This document shows, piece after piece, positions 57,635 to 64,000 of a DNA stretch of 64,000 nt. The notes under the pieces are model-generated. The model made no database searches, was not told the DNA's origin, and saw only the letters and a list, made by a program, of their open reading frames with translations. Source of the DNA: a virus (taxonomy: Duplodnaviria > Caudoviricetes); IMG/VR virus record IMGVR_UViG_3300032007_000014. One strand, 5' to 3'. Both the position numbers and the translations under genes were made by a program. Position 1 is the first letter of the stretch, and each line of letters opens with the position of its first letter.

Positions 57635-59035
57635 ATGGAACAAATCATCAAGAAGGAGTTCGAGTCGTATCCAGATCGCGACGCACTCCCGATCAAACTC
57701 GTCGATCGCACGGTCGGTGTTGTCGACATTCATGAACCCGATAAGAAGATCGAGAGATTCGCTCGCATCTGTTATCGGTCTGAAGACAAGATCAGTGAGA
57801 ATTCTTCCGAAAAACTGATCAAGTTCTGCATCGCACATGATCACGGGAGCATTCTCGAACACTACTACATCTCTGTCTTCTTTCCGCGAGAAGGACATTA
57901 CAAAGATGTCCTCGGTGATGATCGCATGACTCCTGGTTACATCTGGGATGCTTGTGATTCCACCGCGAAACGCAAGTTCACGGCTCTCTACTGGGATCGT
58001 TATCTCAAAGTGAACAAGGACATTCCTGACGGACAGCCTCTCATTTGGAGATGCACCAGTGGAACAGTCCGTGTCTGGAGAGACATTGTGAAATCCGGTA
58101 TTGAAGCATCTATCAAACAGGACATTCGTCCCGCAGTCGTGTTCCATCTGGCTCTGCTGAAAGAACTTTATAAGTTCGCCCCGATCTTCTTCCAGGATAT
58201 CGTGGATTGGGTCGATGGAATCGTCTCGTTCAGTGCAACGCAGTCCAAGAGTATCAGTTATCTCACGGAAGGCGTAGATCCCTCTGAAATCAAATTCAAA
58301 TCCATTCCGGATGAGAAGCTGAATATCGGCATCGTTGTCGGAGAATCCATCGGTGCGTACGTCTCATTCATCTGCACCACGGAACGTGCGACTTCGCATC
58401 AGTTGGTCCGTCATCGCGTCGAGTGCTCCTACTCTCAGGAATCCCAACGCTATGTCAACTACGCCAACAAGGGAATCAACGTTGTTGCTCCTCTCGCTGA
58501 ACAGAAGTTCGCTGATGAAGCCACTGCAACCCGTGCGGCGCGCACTTGGATCGATGCAATGATCGATGCAGGAAACGCGTATCTCGATCTCATCGAAGAT
58601 GGTGTCAAGCCTGAATCCGCGAGATCTGTCCTCCCGAATGCCTGTGCAACCACCATTGGTGTCACGATGACTTTCGGATCTCTCGAGCACTTCTTCAACA
58701 AACGTTTGGCATCCGATGCGCAATTCGAGATTCGTGACATGGCTGCCAACATGTTGAAGATCCTCATCGATGGAGGTCATCCGATTCTGTACAATATCAA
58801 TCCTTACAGCATCATTCGTTGGGCGAAGTGGATGGTTGAACAGAAACAGAAGTTCGGCATCGAATACTGGACTGGTGTGATCGAGAAATGGAAAGACATC
58901 ATCGTTCAGACCAAGAAAGCACACGAAGCAGAGGCAAAGCGTCAGGCGGAACTTGCAGCGAAAGCGCAGGAACTCGCTAACTCCAAGAAGGAAGAAGACG
59001 CCAAGCCTGCTGAAGAAGTCAAAGAAGAAAAGTAA
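57635..59035 (+). CDS. thyX: flavin-dependent thymidylate synthase
   Basis: ARICY.S, HGSILEH, HQLVRHR, SYSQESQRYV, ARSVLPNA, AQFEIR. Confidence 0.9.
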   Translation: MEQIIKKEFESYPDRDALPIKLVDRTVGVVDIHEPDKKIERFARICYRSEDKISENSSEKLIKFCIAHDHGSILEHYYISVFFPREGHYKDVLGDDRMTPGYIWDACDSTAKRKFTALYWDRYLKVNKDIPDGQPLIWRCTSGTVRVWRDIVKSGIEASIKQDIRPAVVFHLALLKELYKFAPIFFQDIVDWVDGIVSFSATQSKSISYLTEGVDPSEIKFKSIPDEKLNIGIVVGESIGAYVSFICTTERATSHQLVRHRVECSYSQESQRYVNYANKGINVVAPLAEQKFADEATATRAARTWIDAMIDAGNAYLDLIEDGVKPESARSVLPNACATTIGVTMTFGSLEHFFNKRLASDAQFEIRDMAANMLKILIDGGHPILYNINPYSIIRWAKWMVEQKQKFGIEYWTGVIEKWKDIIVQTKKAHEAEAKRQAELAAKAQELANSKKEEDAKPAEEVKEEK

Positions 59036-59130
59036 CCACCCTCATCCCTCATAGGTGATCGTACGGAGGATAGTCCTCCGTACGATCGCCATTTTATGCA
59101 CATAACATTCAACCACAAGGAGATTGTACT

Positions 59131-59616
59131 ATGGCAAAGAAACTTATCAACGTCACAGCGAAGATGGGTCGTCTCATTCCTGTTCAGAATCTGAACAAGA
59201 AATGGAATGAAGGGGAGACTTACAACAGCGTCAAGATCGAGAATGATGATGGAAAGACGGAGCGTTGTCTCCTGCTCACCAAGAGCGAGATCAACAGATG
59301 CAAGTTTGTCACCACATCAGAACTCCCGAAATTCACCTTCTTCTCCGATGACAATGTTGAGACGAAGAAACCCAATGGTGAAAAGATGTTCGATCAGATG
59401 AAGTCTGGTCGTCTCTATGTCACCAAGATCGAGAGCAACAAACTCCGTGGATCGATCACTTCATACCTGCTCGCCCTCGACATCTATGAGAACAAGAAGT
59501 TCGAAAAGATCGTCATTCGTATTCCGATGTCCGTTATCAAACGTGCGACCGCACGTGCACAGCGGAATCCTGAAGATATCGCCACAGTTGGTTGGTTCCA
59601 CGATCTGCTCGACTAA
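59131..59616 (+). CDS. hypothetical protein with internal tandem duplication
   Basis: Two GRL-starting halves; ends RAQRNPED; late motif at 59088. Confidence 0.75.
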   Translation: MAKKLINVTAKMGRLIPVQNLNKKWNEGETYNSVKIENDDGKTERCLLLTKSEINRCKFVTTSELPKFTFFSDDNVETKKPNGEKMFDQMKSGRLYVTKIESNKLRGSITSYLLALDIYENKKFEKIVIRIPMSVIKRATARAQRNPEDIATVGWFHDLLD

Positions 59617-59637
59617 CATACAAAGGAGAGTGACTCA

Positions 59638-60492
59638 ATGCTCACTTACAAATCATTGACACCGGATATTGAGAATCAAGTCCTTGTGTCAATTTCAGGA
59701 GGTGGCGTTGCGATGGTTGAGACAGCAACTGGTGTCTTGAAAGCCATCAATGAACGCTACGGAAAAATCATCACCAACATGTGTGGTGGTTCTGCTGGAG
59801 GACTTGTCTCATCCATTTACATGTCATGGGGTCAAGATCCACAGAGAATGATCGATCTCATCCACAACACCTCGATCGATGACTGGTTCAAACTTTGTCC
59901 GTTCCAAGCATTCAAATCTGTGTTTGGATTGTCCAACTATGTCATGGACAATACAGCACTGTATGAGTTCTTGAAGAAGGAACTCACGATTGCTGCATAT
60001 GACAGAGTCCAGGTGTCTCTTACTGAAATGGTTGATGGTGGAAAGATCGGCAAGAGTTTTATGGCTCAAGCCACACCTGCAACCACAACCGGAACTATGT
60101 CCATCCAGCATGTGTTTCCACCCGTTGATCTTGGTGATGGACTGCTTGTTGGAGATGGTGGGGTGAAGAACCTCATTCCTATTCCAAGGATTGTGGACAT
60201 TCCGAAATACAAGCATATCTTCTTTGTGCTTGCTCCTGAATCAGAGATGGGTTTTGCCAACTGTGGATGGAGATTCCTTCGCAATGTTGTGTCTCTTTTG
60301 AATGGAGCACTTGAACGTGAAATGTCTCAAGTTGCAGAAATGCACTTTGAAGATCTTCCGAATGTCACAGTGCTTCGTCCCGAGAGTTACGTACCATCTG
60401 CTGGATTGCTAAATTGGTCTGACAAATATGATCAGATCGACAAAGCATATGACTTTGCAATGAAACAACTGGAACACGAGAAGGACATCTAA
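59638..60492 (+). CDS. patatin-like phospholipase
   Basis: ISGGG oxyanion loop, GGSAG nucleophile, DGG catalytic aspartate. Confidence 0.88.
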   Translation: MLTYKSLTPDIENQVLVSISGGGVAMVETATGVLKAINERYGKIITNMCGGSAGGLVSSIYMSWGQDPQRMIDLIHNTSIDDWFKLCPFQAFKSVFGLSNYVMDNTALYEFLKKELTIAAYDRVQVSLTEMVDGGKIGKSFMAQATPATTTGTMSIQHVFPPVDLGDGLLVGDGGVKNLIPIPRIVDIPKYKHIFFVLAPESEMGFANCGWRFLRNVVSLLNGALEREMSQVAEMHFEDLPNVTVLRPESYVPSAGLLNWSDKYDQIDKAYDFAMKQLEHEKDI

Positions 60493-60493
60493 C

Positions 60494-60709
60494 ATGAAGA
60501 AGATATTGGTTGTATTCGCTTGTGTTGGATGCATCTGTTTCACTGGTTGCAACACCAGCAAGGTTCACATTTCTGATGATGAACAATGGTACATCCAACA
60601 GATAGAGAAGGAAAAAAGAGATCCTTCCAAGACAATTCACAATTGTCCGTACTGCAGATGTCTCAAAAGAGATGCTGTCAGTATACCTGTACAGGAAATA
60701 CAAAAATAA
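60494..60709 (+). CDS. small lipoprotein
   Basis: MKK + hydrophobic core + FTGC lipobox; CPYC. Confidence 0.7.
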   Translation: MKKILVVFACVGCICFTGCNTSKVHISDDEQWYIQQIEKEKRDPSKTIHNCPYCRCLKRDAVSIPVQEIQK

Positions 60710-60720
60710 AAGAATGTTGA

Positions 60721-60755
60721 CATCTGAACCCCAGGAAAATCCTGGGGTTCAGATG
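60721..60755. terminator. bidirectional terminator-like inverted repeat
   Basis: CATCTGAACCCCAGGA-N3-TCCTGGGGTTCAGATG between convergent genes. Confidence 0.8.
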
Positions 60756-60797
60756 CCTTAATCAAGATTGTTTCGAATGCAGAACTTGTACGTTGAA

Positions 60798-61799
60798 TTA
60801 CTTCAACGTGATGTTGCCGTCGGCATCGACATTGAGACAATCGAACGCAGTCGTGTTCAACTGACGACGTTCTTTCTCCTCAAAGCGATTCTCTCTCTTG
60901 AACTTCTTCTTTCCGCCCTTGTACTTGCTCGGATCGAACTTCTCACGGTTCTTGTTGTTGAACTGACGACGAGGAGCGTCCTTGTGCGGTGCATCGGGAA
61001 CAAATTCCCCTGCGGATTCGTGAAGATCGACATTCGCCTTGCGGTCGAATTTCTTGTTCACAAACTTGCCGTTCTCATCACGGCATTCCTCACACTCCGG
61101 GTTGCGACAATCCCAGAATCCCTTGCTGTTCTGAACGAGTTCGCTCTTGCAGACTCTGCATTTGTGGACGCGCGGATGATTGGGATCATCCATGGGTTCC
61201 TCATGATAGAACGCCGCGAAAGTATCGGCATTCGTCACGAGAAGTTCGATGACCGCCTCACAGAGGTAGTGCAGACGGTTGGCTTTGGAACCGGGACCGA
61301 AGTCCTTGCGTCCGGTCTTGGCTTCGTCGATAGGTTCACAACGATGTCCGAGCGCATACATGAGACGACCTTCCGTGGTTTTCGGAGTCGTGTACGCATC
61401 GATCAGACTTTCGACAGTGACCTTGTTGCCGTCATCATCGACGAGTTCTTCACCTTTGTCGAGGCGAGCGAGACTGTCGAGGAACGCAAGGCAGTTCCCG
61501 TTCAGTTTCATCACCTCTTCCTTGGTGAATTTGCGAAGCTTGAATTTGAACCCATATACAATACCGGTCATGGCATTGACCAGCCAGTCACCACCGTGAC
61601 GACCGTCTTTGGGTCCGTAGCCGCGGTGCTGCTTCGCATACGCGACAATGTTGTTGGCGATCTCTTCCGTGTAACCGGCTTCGATCAGTTTGGTTTTCCG
61701 AGTCTCGTTCTTCTTCTGGATGAACGCTTCACGTTCTTCCTTGGTGAACTGTTTCTTCGGGGCGGGAGTGGAGTTGGTGTTCGCAGCGTCGTTCTGCAT
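60798..61799 (-). CDS. hypothetical protein with C4 zinc ribbon and basic disordered tail
   Basis: CRVC...WDCRNPEC; K/R-rich C-terminus; AAGGA RBS. Confidence 0.8.
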   Translation of the reverse strand: MQNDAANTNSTPAPKKQFTKEEREAFIQKKNETRKTKLIEAGYTEEIANNIVAYAKQHRGYGPKDGRHGGDWLVNAMTGIVYGFKFKLRKFTKEEVMKLNGNCLAFLDSLARLDKGEELVDDDGNKVTVESLIDAYTTPKTTEGRLMYALGHRCEPIDEAKTGRKDFGPGSKANRLHYLCEAVIELLVTNADTFAAFYHEEPMDDPNHPRVHKCRVCKSELVQNSKGFWDCRNPECEECRDENGKFVNKKFDRKANVDLHESAGEFVPDAPHKDAPRRQFNNKNREKFDPSKYKGGKKKFKRENRFEEKERRQLNTTAFDCLNVDADGNITLK

Positions 61800-61811
61800 T
61801 CTGGCATTCCT

Positions 61812-62294
61812 TCATGGTTGTTTGGTGAAAAGATCTCTTCTATACCTACGGACCAAATCCATATGGTGTATGAGATCGGTTAAGATTCGCTCATGTAGTT
61901 CTGGAGTGTCACCATATTCGATCAGTTCGAATAACAGATCTGGTATGACAACATATCCGAGTTCCACATATTTCCTGTTGAGTATGTCGAATCTACCCAT
62001 ACTCAACATGGGTTGATAAACAGCAAGTTGTTGAAACAGCATCGTTGTGAAATACTGAACCATCTCCAATCTTGTTTTGAATACAATCTCAGGGATGTTA
62101 TACTTCTCACGATACTTGACCAGAACATCGGATTTGAATGTCTGGACCAACACTCTTGTTGCTATCTCGTCACACTTCTCACGATCAACTAGATCGTCGA
62201 GCATAGTAATGGTATCTCTTAACCTTTCATTACGAATGACAACGCATTGCTTAGATGTCAAGCGATACCATATGTTCTTTATCCACTTGAACAT
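61812..62294 (-). CDS. hypothetical protein
   Basis: 160 aa, AGGAGG RBS. Confidence 0.75.
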   Translation of the reverse strand: MFKWIKNIWYRLTSKQCVVIRNERLRDTITMLDDLVDREKCDEIATRVLVQTFKSDVLVKYREKYNIPEIVFKTRLEMVQYFTTMLFQQLAVYQPMLSMGRFDILNRKYVELGYVVIPDLLFELIEYGDTPELHERILTDLIHHMDLVRRYRRDLFTKQP

Positions 62295-62318
62295 AGACCC
62301 TCCTGGGTCTTAGGGTGA

Positions 62319-63395
62319 TCAAGCGATAACGCCGGTTGACGAAGTCTCGCCTTCCTTGGCTTGGAGCTGCTCTGCAGCATCGGATTTTGCTTTGAAACTC
62401 GCAGCGCGTTCGTACCGAGCTTCCTTGTCATTCAGCATCTCGATGATATCCTGACTGATCGGGATACCGACATTGACGGTGAACGGAAGGTTGAAGTACT
62501 TGGTAAGTGATTCTGTGTCCTCGACGATGCCGAGGTACATGACACCAGTGATGATGTCAGGTGCGATGCCATCCTCGGAAACAGTAAAGGTTGCGTGAAC
62601 CGGAGTTCCATTGTCAAGACGAACAGAATCTTCACCAGGGAGACCGTAGCATTCGCCAGTCGAGGAATCAATGGCGTTGATCGACATATTGTACAGACCG
62701 TACTTCACAGCAGGCACGATGCCGACAGGAGAAAGAAAATTCATCTTGTCGGTGAAATCCACTTCTTCTATCCAGGCGCAGGTGAAAAGACCTTCGAGCT
62801 GATGCAGACGATCGATGATGGAAAGGTTGACTTTCACACGACCGACTTCCACATTGTTGAAGATCATGGACGGGATATAGATCTTCTCATCCTTGGCGAA
62901 TGCCTCGAGAGTGCGGATGGTGTTGATGCTGTTGAAACAATCCGTCTCGGAGCACGCATCCACGATGCCGATGGCGATGATCCGTTTCTTGCGCTTGCCA
63001 GCTTCGCGGATCAAGAGAGGTGCGATGACGGATCCGGAACCGCCGCTCATGGAGAAGATGAAAATGTTGACATCACCGAAGTCATCGTACACTCCGGATT
63101 TGTCGAGTTTCCACTGGATGTCCTTGAGCAATGACGCGCGGTTTTTACCGGCACCCGCTTCCGCGATCACGTGGGTCTTGACCGGGATGTAGGCTTCGGA
63201 TTCGTCACCTTCGCGACGATCATGGAATCCGGCTTTGTCGATGTTGGACGTGGAGGTATCGATCACAACGTGACTGATACCGTTGTCACCGCAGATGTCC
63301 AATTTGTGAGTGCCGTAATTCTCACGATACTTGCGGAGAATGTTGCAAGCGGCACCTCCTGCGGCGATGATTGAGAGATTGATGTTTCGTTCCAT
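62319..63395 (-). CDS. phuZ: phage tubulin (PhuZ/TubZ family)
   Basis: GGAACNI, IDTS, GAGKNR, SMSGGSGS tubulin signature, NSINT, VDFTD T7-loop-like. Confidence 0.88.
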   Translation of the reverse strand: MERNINLSIIAAGGAACNILRKYRENYGTHKLDICGDNGISHVVIDTSTSNIDKAGFHDRREGDESEAYIPVKTHVIAEAGAGKNRASLLKDIQWKLDKSGVYDDFGDVNIFIFSMSGGSGSVIAPLLIREAGKRKKRIIAIGIVDACSETDCFNSINTIRTLEAFAKDEKIYIPSMIFNNVEVGRVKVNLSIIDRLHQLEGLFTCAWIEEVDFTDKMNFLSPVGIVPAVKYGLYNMSINAIDSSTGECYGLPGEDSVRLDNGTPVHATFTVSEDGIAPDIITGVMYLGIVEDTESLTKYFNLPFTVNVGIPISQDIIEMLNDKEARYERAASFKAKSDAAEQLQAKEGETSSTGVIA

Positions 63396-63420
63396 TTGAG
63401 AACTCCTTCCTGTTGATTGG

Positions 63421-63657
63421 TTAAGCGAACATATTGTTCTTTGTGAGTTTTTCTTTCAAAGATTTGTTTTCTTCCATGGATGGCTGAACGTCTGGCATGC
63501 ACTTAGCACAGATAGGTGGAAGATCCTTCGACATTCCAGCGTCACATTCGAAGCAAATGGGTTGACCGCAGACAGAACAAGTTGCGAATGGTGTAACCAG
63601 TCCACGGATGGGAGGTGGTAAATTTCTCCCACAAGATGCACATTTTGTCATATTCAC
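63421..63657 (-). CDS. small Cys-rich zinc-finger protein
   Basis: CASC, CSVC, CFEC, CAKC; AAGGAG RBS with GTG start; early promoter at 63705. Confidence 0.7.
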   Translation of the reverse strand: MNMTKCASCGRNLPPPIRGLVTPFATCSVCGQPICFECDAGMSKDLPPICAKCMPDVQPSMEENKSLKEKLTKNNMFA

Positions 63658-63765
63658 TTTAACTCCTTTTGTTAAAATTGCTTCGCGAATATCCTTACTC
63701 TAATGTAATATATTCTCATACAACCCATGAACATTGTGCATGTAATGATGCTAAAAAATAAAGAG

Positions 63766-63798
63766 ATACAGTAGGGTCCGTACAAGACCCTACTGTAT
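63766..63798 (-). terminator. intrinsic terminator
   Basis: ATACAGTAGGGTC-N7-GACCCTACTGTAT with a U-rich tail on the minus strand. Confidence 0.75.
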
Positions 63799-63810
63799 AC
63801 AAAGTTGTGA

Positions 63811-64000
63811 TTAAGGAGACATTTCTACATTGACAAGTTTTCCTTTGTAGAAACGAGCATCAAATCCTCTTCCAGAATCATTGTAGTTCATGAACCAAAT
63901 GACAGTATCGTAAGTGTACAACTTCCCTTCATTATTATACGTAGCTCTTGCTAGAGTCTCGTCCTGTGAGATCCAGATCTGTCTCAGATCGAAGTCTTTT
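63811..64000 (-). CDS. hypothetical protein, C-terminal part only
   Basis: Open frame from the window edge to TAA at 63811 (...GRGFDARFYKGKLVNVEMSP). Confidence 0.6.
   Translation of the reverse strand, partial: KDFDLRQIWISQDETLARATYNNEGKLYTYDTVIWFMNYNDSGRGFDARFYKGKLVNVEMSP

Noticed and set aside
60768-61883. 371-aa plus-strand ORF
   Set aside because: Antisense shadow of 60798-61799 caused by codon bias; no RBS; non-protein-like composition
1-64000. Alternative genetic code (stop-codon reassignment)
   Set aside because: Core genes are full length under the standard bacterial code and no suppressor tRNA was seen

Overview
A 64-kb segment of a phiKZ-like jumbo phage genome, probably nucleus-forming (Chimalliviridae-like). 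Supporting genes: PhuZ-type tubulin, a split multisubunit RNA polymerase beta-prime fragment, a split family-B DNA polymerase domain, an SNF2 helicase, type IIA topoisomerase subunits (GyrA/GyrB-like), a GroEL-like chaperonin, head/baseplate/tail-fibre genes, dTTP-supply enzymes (dCMP deaminase, ThyX, dNMP kinase), RNase H and five tRNAs. The phiKZ-type early promoter core (A)TATATTAC was seen 12 times, always on the minus strand. A second motif, RCYAT-N2-TAT(G/A), precedes many structural genes. Notable signals beyond gene annotation: (1) a textbook -1 ribosomal frameshift cassette (T TTT TTC plus an 11-bp hairpin) joining two tail/baseplate chaperone-like ORFs; (2) several ORF-free, promoter- and terminator-bounded structured RNAs, one with an RNase P-like pseudoknot topology and several showing anti-Shine-Dalgarno-like CUCC loops; (3) an HNH endonuclease fused in frame to GyrB, which keeps its own internal RBS; (4) an origin-like locus with a perfect 44-bp palindrome and 16-17-bp periodic repeats; (5) an early-promoter, signal-peptide lysozyme and a formate/nitrite channel. 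All assignments come from motif recognition and manual folding; no database search was run. The host cannot be determined from this window.
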